From Bacteroidota bacterium (GTDB taxonomy: Bacteria; Bacteroidota; Bacteroidia; AKYH767-A; OLB10): a DNA stretch of 63,519 nt. The notes below the pieces were generated by a model that saw only the letters and a program-made list of their open reading frames with translations, ran no database searches and was not told the origin of the DNA. Position numbers and translations under genes: made by a program. Location: contig JAKPPP010000183.1 of assembly GCA_029547265.1 (NCBI GenBank), positions 1 to 63,519 on the forward strand. Direction: 5' to 3'. Positions 10,110 through 20,329 of the stretch are shown here, piece after piece. Every line of letters begins with the position of its first letter. The stretch's first letter is position 1.

Positions 10110-10853
10110 ATGCCTATAAAAAATTCAAGTGCAACATTAGCGGCCATACGACATCCTTTGGCGGCACTTAAATTTAAGCTTGGAGATAAATCTGCAATGC
10201 ATGAAGCTGTCATTTTTGACAGTGTAAAACATCTTTGGGGAAATAATGCCGATTTAAAACCATGGAAAGGAGCATTGCTAGAATTAAAAAACAATGAGCT
10301 AGTTGCTCCGAATGAAAATAAATTCCAGACCATTGTCGGAAATAACTTGAACACAAGTTTCGGCAAATGGATTTACTGTTGTATTCGCGTAACTAAGCCG
10401 GAAACAGTAATTGAAACCGGTGTAGCTCATGGATATTCATCATGGATTATGCTTAATGCATTAAAGAAAAACAATAAAGGAATTCTTTATAGCATTGACC
10501 TACCAAATCACGATACAAATAGCGACTACAATTTCAAAGACCAACCGACAACAGGATGGATGGTTCCTGAATCGTTGAAAGACAGATGGAAATTAAATTT
10601 AGGAGATGCAAAAGTATTATTACCTGCGATTTTAAAAGAAATCGGAGAACTAAGCATTTTCTTCCATGATAGCGATCATAGCTATGAGCATATGAAATAT
10701 GAATTTGAAACGTCGCATCCCTTTATAATCAATGGAGGACTATTGCTTAGTGATGATGTACATAAAAATGCTGCATTCGCAGAACATGTAGATAAAAACA
10801 ATTTAACAGCCCTTCAATTTAACAAAGGTGGTGCTGCTATAATCAGAAAATAA
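10110..10853 (+). CDS. Class I SAM-dependent methyltransferase (Methyltransf_24-like)
   Basis: KPETVIETGVAHG.SS, LYSIDLP, FFHDSDHSY, GGLLLSDDV. Confidence 0.88.
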   Translation: MPIKNSSATLAAIRHPLAALKFKLGDKSAMHEAVIFDSVKHLWGNNADLKPWKGALLELKNNELVAPNENKFQTIVGNNLNTSFGKWIYCCIRVTKPETVIETGVAHGYSSWIMLNALKKNNKGILYSIDLPNHDTNSDYNFKDQPTTGWMVPESLKDRWKLNLGDAKVLLPAILKEIGELSIFFHDSDHSYEHMKYEFETSHPFIINGGLLLSDDVHKNAAFAEHVDKNNLTALQFNKGGAAIIRK

Positions 10854-12035
10854 TTGGAAACAGTATATATCTACATATCGCCTTACGACATACTTCGCCC
10901 GAGAACGAATCAGGTGAGTGATGTTCGATTTTGCGATGGATTTATACAAAACATTAGACAACTTCACCTGATAGTTCCCTATGTAGAACGACACGACAAC
11001 ATCAAAAAAGAAGATGTTTGTTCAATATACGGTATTTCAAATGAAATAAAAATCCACTACTTAGAAACAGGTTTAAAGAGTGACGTAACCGGAAAATGGA
11101 ATACAATAAAAATTGCATTTAAAGTTTATTCTCAAGTAAAGAAAATAATAAAAGCTTTACCGAAAGGGACAAAAGTTAATATAATATCAAGAAGTATACC
11201 ACAGCTATATCCTCTTTTAAAATTCAAGTCAATATTCAGTAAATCAAGCAATAACATTAAAGCTATTTATTGGGCACATGATTTAAAAAAGCGAAAAAGC
11301 TATGTAAATGCTTATCGACTTTGTGACTATATACTTGCTACAAATCAATCCATTTTAACAGATCTATGTGATATTAGTTCCTTCCCAAAAGAAAAAACTA
11401 TAACCACATCAAATCCGATTACACAAGAACAAGCACAAGAAGCAGTCGATAAAATTGAATCAAGAAATATTACCAATTTACAAAACATTGAAAAACCATT
11501 AGTAGTTTATACCGGCAAATTAGCAATAGACTATAATCTAGAAACAGAGTATATCCTAAAGGCAGCTAAACAATGTCCTGAATTTGAATTCCTATTTACC
11601 GGCGGAAAACCCGAAGCTGTAATTTATTGGAAACAGAAATGTGAAGAAGAGCAAATTAAAAACATACAATTCACAGGATATATTCCCGATTATAGAATAA
11701 TTAAACACTATCAGAGAAGTGCGGATGTGCTCATATCTTACTATACCAAACAAGGACATGACATAAAGTACAATCTACCTAATAAAATTTGCGAATACAT
11801 GCTAACAGGAAATGTAATAGTCACACCAAACTACCCTCCTACTGCGGAATTATTGACGGAAGAGAATTGTTGGTTTGCTTTACCGGAAAACGAAGATTCG
11901 TTAGCATCGACAATTAAAAAAGCGATAGAAAACAAAGAAATATCTACTACAAAAGCAAAGTTAGCAAGAGAAGAAGTTCTCAAAAACACGTTCACCTTAA
12001 AAGTAAAAAGGGTAATTGAATTTATTGAAAAATGA
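10854..12035 (+). CDS. Glycosyltransferase family 4 (GT-B)
   Basis: VVYTGKL, FTGYIP, ADVL, PNKICEYM..G..IV; TTG start directly after upstream stop. Confidence 0.85.
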   Translation: METVYIYISPYDILRPRTNQVSDVRFCDGFIQNIRQLHLIVPYVERHDNIKKEDVCSIYGISNEIKIHYLETGLKSDVTGKWNTIKIAFKVYSQVKKIIKALPKGTKVNIISRSIPQLYPLLKFKSIFSKSSNNIKAIYWAHDLKKRKSYVNAYRLCDYILATNQSILTDLCDISSFPKEKTITTSNPITQEQAQEAVDKIESRNITNLQNIEKPLVVYTGKLAIDYNLETEYILKAAKQCPEFEFLFTGGKPEAVIYWKQKCEEEQIKNIQFTGYIPDYRIIKHYQRSADVLISYYTKQGHDIKYNLPNKICEYMLTGNVIVTPNYPPTAELLTEENCWFALPENEDSLASTIKKAIENKEISTTKAKLAREEVLKNTFTLKVKRVIEFIEK

Positions 12036-13003
12036 GCGAATCATTGAGAAAATATCTTTCACATGGTTATTACGACAAATATTCGTCAGTAATAAGTCTT
12101 GTATTGGGTAAACTTGGTGAATCAATTGTTTGTCCGAAGTCGGCAAAAGCTAAAAAAGAAGAAAACACAAGTACAACAAAAAAGGAAATCCTTATTACTT
12201 CATATTCTAATCAAAATGCAACTGCGAAAAAAATTCAACAATACCTTATAAGTAAAAATCATCCTGCCATACATTTAGCTATTGTAGCCGGAAGCATTTC
12301 TGATAACACAGATAACAAATACAGTGACTTTGACGGCATTTTGATTATAGATGAAGAAAAGTTATCAAATAAGTCATCGATAAAATCGCTTAGAAGCATC
12401 ATTGAAAGCACTTCCATTTTGATGAAAAGCCAGGATGCTCTACAGCATCATGGATGGATGATTCTGTGGAAAGGTGAAATAAACAATTACAATGAGAACT
12501 ATTTGCCATCCGAAATATTTGTAGGCGCAAAGACACTTTATCCTGAGGGCGATCATAAATTATCACTTTCAATATTACCGACTACGCAGGACAAGAATAA
12601 ACTTAGAAATTTAGCAAAGAGCATTAGATCTAAATTAAATGACAAAGCCAATCTAAAAGACTTCTATTACTTCAAAAATTTGATAAGCGAATTGTTGTTA
12701 TCACCGGCCATATTCCTTCAATCCTGCAAGAATATCAACTGCAGTAAAAAAACTAGTTTTGAAATAATCGATCAACATATATCAGCAAAAAGCAGAGCAA
12801 CATTAAAAGAAATCGAAAGGTTTCGGAAAGAATGGAATCAAGAAAATATTGATATTGCCAAGCAAATCAAGCAAGAAAAGTACAAGCGCTTACCACTTAT
12901 TTCAATAGAAGGAGCACAAACACCTTCGTCATACTTACTTTGGCTAAGCAAAAATGAAAGTGAGATTAATGAATATCTAACGGAAATTAACAACAACCTG
13001 TAA
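12032..13003 (+). CDS. Hypothetical protein with Pol-beta-superfamily nucleotidyltransferase motif
   Basis: LAIVAGS-x10-DFDGILII fits hG[GS]x(9-13)Dh[DE]h; overlaps upstream gene (ATGA). Confidence 0.55.
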   Translation: MSESLRKYLSHGYYDKYSSVISLVLGKLGESIVCPKSAKAKKEENTSTTKKEILITSYSNQNATAKKIQQYLISKNHPAIHLAIVAGSISDNTDNKYSDFDGILIIDEEKLSNKSSIKSLRSIIESTSILMKSQDALQHHGWMILWKGEINNYNENYLPSEIFVGAKTLYPEGDHKLSLSILPTTQDKNKLRNLAKSIRSKLNDKANLKDFYYFKNLISELLLSPAIFLQSCKNINCSKKTSFEIIDQHISAKSRATLKEIERFRKEWNQENIDIAKQIKQEKYKRLPLISIEGAQTPSSYLLWLSKNESEINEYLTEINNNL

Positions 13004-13004
13004 A

Positions 13005-14411
13005 TTGAAAAATATTGCCATCATAACAGAAGAAAATTTCATGCGTGAAACAATTGATTCATGCATGAAGGAACTTTTGTCGACGAACCAATACAAAATA
13101 CAAGTTATCAGTTGGTCAAATTCATTCAGGAAAAATTTTGCTCAATTACCTGAAGTTGATTTGTATATTAATTTAACCACCCATTCATTTCACAATAAAA
13201 ACTTCAAAGGAGATAATCTCATTCAAGTTCCTTTTCTACAAAATCTGAAAGGAGGAATTTCTAGAGAGCTTTATCAATCCATCATAAGAAAAGAAGATGG
13301 GATTAACATTCCCGTAACAAAAACAAATACAGGCAAGCAAAGCTTTATTGTTTGTAATAGCAATTACTATCTATTTCATCACTCCTACGCTAAGTCATTT
13401 TCATCAATTATTAGGAAAATTCCGGAACTTGTAAAAGATGGAGCTAGCAATTTTTTTAATCGCGCAGAAAGAAAAACGATATTCGACAACCAGTATCCTA
13501 AAGAAATACCGATAGTAAAATTCAAAGTTATATTGTTCTTTAGAACAATTATACATCTTTTAAAAGTTCTTTTCACTTATGATCATTGGAAAGTAGCTGT
13601 TTGTGATTTCAGCATTCAAGAAGTATGCAGGAACAAAGAACTCTTGCTTAAGGTAAAATCATTGTCAAATCCCGGAGGAAAAGATTTTATTGCAGATCCA
13701 TTTGGATTTCAATCAGGCGGCAACGACTATATCATTTACGAACGATTTGAAAGAAACAAAAACAAAGGAATTCTAGAAATAAGAAAAAACGATTTCAAAA
13801 AACCATTCATAAAAATAGAAAAAGGAGAGCATTTAAGTTACCCATATATCTATGAAGAAAATGGAGACATCTACATGATACCGGAATGTCACCAATTAGG
13901 AGAAATACATCTGTACAAATGGAGTCGAACGAATGAAGAGTTTGAATTTGAATCGAAAATCATTGAAGGTTTTAACGGAATTGACAATTCATTGGTAAAA
14001 CACAACAACAAATACTGGCTATTCAGTAATAATGCTGATAATAAATCTGCCGACATTTCATTGAACATTTTTTATGCAGATACGCTTAGAGGACCCTATA
14101 AAGCACATCCATTAAATCCCGTAATTTCGTCAATCACACATTCTCGTCCCGCAGGTACAATCTTTAGAAACGAAGAACAACTTATCCGTCCAAGTCAAAA
14201 TAGTGGCATCACCTACGGTGGGAGCATTCAATTAAATCAAATCTTGAAGCTAACTGAAACAGAATACGAAGAAAAAACGATTGACAGCATCACTCCTGCT
14301 GATTTAAAAAGAAAGCACATCAAAGGAATTCATACCATTTCATCTATGGGAGGAAAAACCTTGATAGATTATAAATACAAGAGATTAAAAATTGGTTCCA
14401 TCCGATTCTAA
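13005..14411 (+). CDS. Beta-propeller protein resembling the glucosamine inositolphosphorylceramide transferase (GINT1) N-terminal / GH32-GH43-like domain
   Basis: FIADPF, HLSYPYIYEENGDIYMIPE, HPLNPV....SRPAG, RPSQ....YG, GIHT in the C-terminal ~280 aa. Confidence 0.75.
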   Translation: MKNIAIITEENFMRETIDSCMKELLSTNQYKIQVISWSNSFRKNFAQLPEVDLYINLTTHSFHNKNFKGDNLIQVPFLQNLKGGISRELYQSIIRKEDGINIPVTKTNTGKQSFIVCNSNYYLFHHSYAKSFSSIIRKIPELVKDGASNFFNRAERKTIFDNQYPKEIPIVKFKVILFFRTIIHLLKVLFTYDHWKVAVCDFSIQEVCRNKELLLKVKSLSNPGGKDFIADPFGFQSGGNDYIIYERFERNKNKGILEIRKNDFKKPFIKIEKGEHLSYPYIYEENGDIYMIPECHQLGEIHLYKWSRTNEEFEFESKIIEGFNGIDNSLVKHNNKYWLFSNNADNKSADISLNIFYADTLRGPYKAHPLNPVISSITHSRPAGTIFRNEEQLIRPSQNSGITYGGSIQLNQILKLTETEYEEKTIDSITPADLKRKHIKGIHTISSMGGKTLIDYKYKRLKIGSIRF

Positions 14412-15400
14412 TGGCTAAAACGAAATTAAATATCATTAAACGACCTATTGAATATTCTACAGCGGAATATCATCAGGTGTATGATTTTGTTGTTAACCAT
14501 TATAGAGACAACAAAAACGTTAAGTGTATTTGCACTTTCGGGAACATCAACAAGCCCGGAGTCTCCGATATTGACTTATTAGTTGTGTTTAAAGATCAAA
14601 CGTCGTGTGACGATAAAATTTTAAATATCATACCGGATCATCTTCATTACCTTTTTACTCACGGAGTAATGGCGCTAAATGAAAAACATTGGAGTGCTAA
14701 CAGAAAATATGCTTTATGGGACAACCAAAAAACAATATTTGGCACAGAACCGGAAATCGAAACAGAAACAATTGATGAAAGTTCGCGTCAAGCTTTAAAA
14801 ATTCAAACGGCCATTGAATTTTTAGTCGTGAATTATATTGACTTGAAGCTCCAATCCGAAAATAAAACTATTAAGCTTAGAGACCTACTCCAACATACCA
14901 AAGGGCTAGTATATGATTTAGAATATTTAAATATCACAAATTCTAAAATCATGCCCTATATTACTAAAGTAAAAAAATGGATAAGCAATTGGTTTCTTCA
15001 AATACCAACCGACCAAGAAATCAACAATTGGTTTATTGAATTTGAAAAGGAGTATGAAATTTTCTTAAAGGAAACGCTTAATCAATTTCCATTATATTTA
15101 CCAGAGGCCAAAAACTATCAATTCTCGAAAAGCATAAAACTAGTACCTTCGAAAAATTTGACATATTCACGAAAGGGAATAAATGCACCTTCAGGACTCT
15201 CCACATTTTTAGGAAAGACCTATTCAAAAGTTCAAAACAAACTTAATTCTTATACAATTGAAGTTCCGATTGTAAACCAACCTTCGCATAATATTTTAGA
15301 AGAAAGAGTACAATTCTTCAAGGAAATGAAATCTTACAACAACGAACATTTCCCGAACTTTGCCTCACTGACAACAAGTCTAATGTCAAAATTAGTTTAA
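14411..15400 (+). CDS. Hypothetical protein with nucleotidyltransferase-like motif
   Basis: ICTFGN-x7-DIDLLVVF near N-terminus (shortened spacing) followed by a helical C-terminal region; TAATG-coupled. Confidence 0.55.
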   Translation: MAKTKLNIIKRPIEYSTAEYHQVYDFVVNHYRDNKNVKCICTFGNINKPGVSDIDLLVVFKDQTSCDDKILNIIPDHLHYLFTHGVMALNEKHWSANRKYALWDNQKTIFGTEPEIETETIDESSRQALKIQTAIEFLVVNYIDLKLQSENKTIKLRDLLQHTKGLVYDLEYLNITNSKIMPYITKVKKWISNWFLQIPTDQEINNWFIEFEKEYEIFLKETLNQFPLYLPEAKNYQFSKSIKLVPSKNLTYSRKGINAPSGLSTFLGKTYSKVQNKLNSYTIEVPIVNQPSHNILEERVQFFKEMKSYNNEHFPNFASLTTSLMSKLV

Positions 15401-15401
15401 T

Positions 15402-16121
15402 ATGCTATTAGAAAATCCGGGTGCTATTATTGAAAACACCTACAGATATGATTATTTGAAAGAATACTTTGATCAATCAAAGTATTCTGATGGCACATTG
15501 CTAGACTTAGGATGTGGACCTAGGCCATATTATGATTTGTACAAAGACAAATTTGCAAAAACGATTGGAGCAGATATGGCTGATCTTCCCTTCCCAAAAA
15601 AAGGAATTGATATTTATTGCACAGCGACAAATGTTCCTTTACCCGACGGAAGTGTTGATTTCATCTTATGCACTGAAGTTCTTCAAGACATGGTAGAACC
15701 CAATGAATTGATGAAGGAAGCATTTCGTTTGTTAAAGAAAGGTGGAACTATGATTCTTACAACACCATATCTTGTTCCAATAGCTGATGGGAAATGGGAT
15801 AATTACAGATTCACGAGATACGGATTAGAATATCATCTTAACAAAGGAAATTTCGATATACAGACTATTCATCCGGTTTCGGATGTTGTTGGTGCCGGAA
15901 TAACTCTTCTTGTAAAGCCAATACTTAGAGGATGGAATGTAATTTCGAAATTACTCCACATGAAATTTATCTCGAAATGGTATAATCCATTATTATTTGT
16001 AACAGTAGCATTACCACAAATTCTATACGTAGTACTATCTCCTATTCCGGGCATTAAACAAATCCTAAAGAAATTCAATTACGGACCAATAGGTTATATT
16101 ACAATTTCTCATAAGAAATAA
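15402..16121 (+). CDS. Class I SAM-dependent methyltransferase (Methyltransf_11-like)
   Basis: LLDLGCG, DFILCTEVL, RLLKKGG.MILTTP. Confidence 0.9.
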   Translation: MLLENPGAIIENTYRYDYLKEYFDQSKYSDGTLLDLGCGPRPYYDLYKDKFAKTIGADMADLPFPKKGIDIYCTATNVPLPDGSVDFILCTEVLQDMVEPNELMKEAFRLLKKGGTMILTTPYLVPIADGKWDNYRFTRYGLEYHLNKGNFDIQTIHPVSDVVGAGITLLVKPILRGWNVISKLLHMKFISKWYNPLLFVTVALPQILYVVLSPIPGIKQILKKFNYGPIGYITISHKK

Positions 16122-17201
16122 ATGAAAAGTGTTATCCATGTAGTTTGGTCGTCGGGTATTGGAGGAATTGAAAGCCTCGTACTCAACCTATGCATGGAAG
16201 AAAGTAAAAACAGTAATTTAAATGTTGCCATATTTACTGCTAAATCGGGCGGACCATTGTCAGAAGCAGTAAAAAAGAATAACATCAAGTTATTTGAAGG
16301 AGATTTCAAAAAGGGATCGTTTAACATAAGCTCTTACAAAAGTTGTATTGAAATCTTCAAAAATTTCGACATCATTCATATACACTCATTCAATCCAATC
16401 ATTGCTTTAGCTGCCATTAATAGTGGAAAGAAAATAGTTTATACAGAACACGGTAACTTTGGATTTGAGAGAAAAATAAATTTAACTGAAAGAATAAACA
16501 GAAAACTCCTTTCGGCCTTTATAAACAAGCACATCGATTTTATCACATTCAATTCAAATTTCACGCAAGCAACATCACTTGAACGATATGGTTTAAACAA
16601 AACAAAGAAACAAGTTGTTTATAATGGAATAGCGATTAATTCGAATCCGATAAAACATTCAATTGACAAGAAAGAGATAGTAATAGGAACAGTTGGCAGA
16701 TTAGCATCTGTAAAAAGAATTGACCGATTAATTGAGGCCTTTGCGAAAGTAAAAGATCTTACAAACTTTAAATTACAAATAATCGGTGATGGTCCTTTGC
16801 GAAAGACATTGGAAGCACTCGTAGCTGAAAGAGGCATTTCATCTAAAGTTGAATTTATGGGATTCCAAACCAACCTAAACGACTATTTCGAAAACTGGGA
16901 TTTAGTTATTATCCCGTCTTCGGGCGAAGCCTTCGGACTAGTAGTATTGGAAGCTTACAATTGTGGGACACCGGTTTCTGTTTTTAACGATGGCGGAGGA
17001 ATGATAGAGATTGTTCAAAAATGTGATCCGAACTTGATCGTCTCTTCAATTGAAGCTCTAACATCACTTATTGAAAGTCTTCCGACTTTCAAAGAAAAAT
17101 TTCTTGCAACTAACAAAAAAGAAAAGCGTAAGAAAATAACTTATGACTTTTCCATTACAACAATGGAAAAGCAACTATATTCGATTTATAATTCTCTTTA
17201 A
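16122..17201 (+). CDS. Glycosyltransferase family 4
   Basis: GGIE, IVYTEHG, VYNGI, VGRL..VKR, IIGDGP, EAFGLVVLEA. Confidence 0.92.
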   Translation: MKSVIHVVWSSGIGGIESLVLNLCMEESKNSNLNVAIFTAKSGGPLSEAVKKNNIKLFEGDFKKGSFNISSYKSCIEIFKNFDIIHIHSFNPIIALAAINSGKKIVYTEHGNFGFERKINLTERINRKLLSAFINKHIDFITFNSNFTQATSLERYGLNKTKKQVVYNGIAINSNPIKHSIDKKEIVIGTVGRLASVKRIDRLIEAFAKVKDLTNFKLQIIGDGPLRKTLEALVAERGISSKVEFMGFQTNLNDYFENWDLVIIPSSGEAFGLVVLEAYNCGTPVSVFNDGGGMIEIVQKCDPNLIVSSIEALTSLIESLPTFKEKFLATNKKEKRKKITYDFSITTMEKQLYSIYNSL

Positions 17202-17203
17202 CT

Positions 17204-19102
17204 ATGTGCGGAATTAATGGATTTATGATACTTGGGAATCACCGGCCAGAGCTGGCAAGTGACCTATTGAATCATATGAACCAAGCTATAAAGCACAGGG
17301 GTCCTGATGATTCCGGCACATGGATTGATGAAAATCGAGGCATTGCTTTAGGACATTTAAGATTAAGCATTATCGATTTATCTCCGGCAGGGCATCAACC
17401 AATGTCAGATAGCACAGGCGATCAAATTGTTTTTAATGGCGAAATCTACAATTACAAAGAATTAAAAAAGCAACTTACAGATATCAATTTTAAGTCAGAA
17501 AGCGATACTGAAGTTTTACTTCAATTATACAGAAAGCACGGGCACAAAGCATTAAACTTGCTAAACGGCATGTTTGCTTTTGCCTTTTACGACAGCAAGA
17601 ATGAAGTCCTAAAGCTTGCAAGAGATCGAGCCGGCAAAAAACCATTGTATTATACTTCCACAAATGGAATTTTCGCCTTTTCATCAGAGATTAAGGCTCT
17701 TTTAACATTACCATGGATAAAACCCACTCCTGATAATCAGGCAGTGTATAATTTCCTAACGTTTAACAATCTCGATGCACCTGAAACGATGTTCAACGGA
17801 ATCCAAAAACTTGGTCCGGGTGAATGCATGACCGTTAGTAAGTCGGGCATTATTGAACATTATTCATATTACGATATTAACTACACCGACAAAAGAAACC
17901 TACCGGAATCAGAATTAGCCGACGAAGTATTCAATGCACTCGATAAATCAGTTGACTACAGAATGATTGCTGATGTCCCGGTAGGAGCATTTCTTAGTGG
18001 TGGAGTTGACAGTAGCGCAGTCGTAGCATTAATGCGAAAATACAGTGCGAATACAATAAAGACTTTTTCGGTAGGATTTGAAGGACAACCTGATTACGAT
18101 GAAAGAATTTGGGCTGATAAAATCTCTAAGATGTTCAACACTGAACATTATGAGAAGATAGTTACAAAAGATGACATAGAGGAATTTCTGCCGGAGATTG
18201 TAAATATATTTGATGAACCGATGGCGGATGCTACCTGTATTCCCATCTATTTCATTTCACAACTAGCAAGAAAGCACAATACAATAGTTGTACAAACAGG
18301 AGATGGAGCCGACGAATTATTTGCAGGATATAGAGGATGGAAAAAATATCAAACGCTCTATCCATGGTATAACAGAATTTCGGCCATGCCGGGTTTCGCA
18401 CGAAAAGCAATAGCTTCAATAAGTGCAGGAAAAAATGAAGAGTCGCCAATAAATGAAATTATTCAGCGAGCAAGTCAACAACAAGAACTATTTTGGGGAG
18501 GTGCTAAAGCTTTCAAAGAAAGCACCAAGAAAAGTTTCCTTGAGCAAAGCTGGATCGACAAGGTTCCACTACCCGATTCCTATCAAGTAATTAAAAAACA
18601 TAGAGCTAAGTTCGACTCAATCAAGAAGAAATATCCATGGCTTACCGATAACGATTGGATGTGTTATTTAGGTTATACGTATGTGATTCCATCGAAATAT
18701 CTTTATCGAATGGATAGAATCGGGATGGCTCATAGTATAGAAATAAGGAATCCGTTTTTAGATTATAACTTAGTTGATTTGGCATTATCGGTGCCATACA
18801 GCATGAAAACTAAGAATGGAGAACCAAAATATATTCTCAAAAAATCGTTGGAAAGAATACTTCCGAATGAAGTTCTATACAGAAAGAAGATGGGATTTTG
18901 CGTTCCTTTACGAGAATGGGCAGGAGATATTATGCTAGATTATGTTGAGCGAGAAATGAATTCATTTTGCAGCAATACCGGCATCTTTAAAAAAGAAGGA
19001 TTACAAAAGCATGTAAGGGAAATTCGGAACGGAAATCAGCAGTACACAAACAATTTATGGACTGTTTATTTCATGATGCAATGGTTCAAAAAATGGATGT
19101 AG
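17204..19102 (+). CDS. asnB: Asparagine synthase-family glutamine amidotransferase (likely sugar amidation)
   Basis: N-terminal MCGI, HRGPDD, LRLSIID, FNGEIYN, FLSGGVDSS, GDGADELFAGY, RKKMGF. Confidence 0.95.
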   Translation: MCGINGFMILGNHRPELASDLLNHMNQAIKHRGPDDSGTWIDENRGIALGHLRLSIIDLSPAGHQPMSDSTGDQIVFNGEIYNYKELKKQLTDINFKSESDTEVLLQLYRKHGHKALNLLNGMFAFAFYDSKNEVLKLARDRAGKKPLYYTSTNGIFAFSSEIKALLTLPWIKPTPDNQAVYNFLTFNNLDAPETMFNGIQKLGPGECMTVSKSGIIEHYSYYDINYTDKRNLPESELADEVFNALDKSVDYRMIADVPVGAFLSGGVDSSAVVALMRKYSANTIKTFSVGFEGQPDYDERIWADKISKMFNTEHYEKIVTKDDIEEFLPEIVNIFDEPMADATCIPIYFISQLARKHNTIVVQTGDGADELFAGYRGWKKYQTLYPWYNRISAMPGFARKAIASISAGKNEESPINEIIQRASQQQELFWGGAKAFKESTKKSFLEQSWIDKVPLPDSYQVIKKHRAKFDSIKKKYPWLTDNDWMCYLGYTYVIPSKYLYRMDRIGMAHSIEIRNPFLDYNLVDLALSVPYSMKTKNGEPKYILKKSLERILPNEVLYRKKMGFCVPLREWAGDIMLDYVEREMNSFCSNTGIFKKEGLQKHVREIRNGNQQYTNNLWTVYFMMQWFKKWM

Positions 19103-19108
19103 TAATTA

Positions 19109-20251
19109 ATGAAAAAAGTCGTCCTTATAACAAATATTCCAAATCCGTATCGGGTACCGCTCTTCAATGTGATGAGCAAAGTATTTGCTGCGGACAACTT
19201 TCAGCTGAAAGTAATTTTTGGATCAGAAGGATATAAGCGAAGATTGTTTACACTTGACAAATCGGAATTAAAATTTGACTATAGAATATTAAACGACCAC
19301 GCTCATCAACTTGGTAGTGATGAAGAAAAATCGGTATTCTTATACAAAGGTTTGAATGATGCTTTAAGAGAAGAAAAACCTGACATTATAATTGTATCGG
19401 GATTTTCCTCAGCAACGATGAAAGTTTTATCGTACGCACTACCTAAACGAATTCCATATATCATCTGGAGTGGTTCTATAGAAAAAGAAAACAGAAATAG
19501 CAGTATCATCAGAAAAATCCAGCGCAGACTATTAGTTAAGTTTGCATCTTCGTATGTAGCTTATGGGACTTTAGCAAAAAAATACTTAATAGGATTTGGC
19601 GCAAAGGAATCGAAAGTTGAAATAGCGATGAATACGGTAGATACTGATTTCTATTTCACCGAAACAAATAAGTTCAGGAACTCAAAAGTCGAATCAAGTA
19701 TTGCTCACTTTTTGTATTTAGGCTATCTGGTTCCGCGTAAAAATGTAAAATTACTTCTCACCGCTGTACTTCAGTTGTCAGCTCGAAGGAGAGATTTCAT
19801 ACTAGATATAGTTGGTGATGGTACCGACAAACCTGACCTCGAGAAATTCGTAGTCGACAATAAAATCGACGATTTAGTCAAATTTCACGGATTTCAACAG
19901 AAATCAGAGCTTCCTGCATACCTCGGAAACAGCAGAGCAATGCTCTTTCAGACTGATTTTGACATCTGGGGCTTAGTCTTAAATGAGGCTATGGCATCCG
20001 GAATTCCATGTTTAGCTTCCCAAAATGCCGGTGCAACAGTAGATCTGGTTCGAGAAAATGAAACAGGATTTGCCATAAACTATGAAAACACAACAGAAGT
20101 TGTCGAAAAAATAGAGTTTTTCATTGATAATCGAGAAAAAGCTGCACAAATGGGGCAACGTGCGGCCGATTTTATACGTACAAACGTTAATCTGGAAACA
20201 GCAGCAAACGGATTCTTAAAAGCCGTTAAAATTGCGTCGGGAAATAACTAA
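19109..20251 (+). CDS. Glycosyltransferase family 4
   Basis: TNIPNPYR, NTVD, YLGYL..RKN, WGLVLNEAMASG.P. Confidence 0.92.
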   Translation: MKKVVLITNIPNPYRVPLFNVMSKVFAADNFQLKVIFGSEGYKRRLFTLDKSELKFDYRILNDHAHQLGSDEEKSVFLYKGLNDALREEKPDIIIVSGFSSATMKVLSYALPKRIPYIIWSGSIEKENRNSSIIRKIQRRLLVKFASSYVAYGTLAKKYLIGFGAKESKVEIAMNTVDTDFYFTETNKFRNSKVESSIAHFLYLGYLVPRKNVKLLLTAVLQLSARRRDFILDIVGDGTDKPDLEKFVVDNKIDDLVKFHGFQQKSELPAYLGNSRAMLFQTDFDIWGLVLNEAMASGIPCLASQNAGATVDLVRENETGFAINYENTTEVVEKIEFFIDNREKAAQMGQRAADFIRTNVNLETAANGFLKAVKIASGNN

Positions 20252-20329
20252 ACAATCGTTATTTTTAGAGCCTCAAAGACTCGAACCAAAGCATTTTGCT
20301 TAGCTTGTTTCAGTCAATGTACGCAAATT

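Noticed and set aside
12032-15400. NTase-motif genes as CBASS or MNT-HEPN defence/toxin system
   Set aside because: No effector, Cap or HEPN partner recognised; genes are coupled within the glycan operon.
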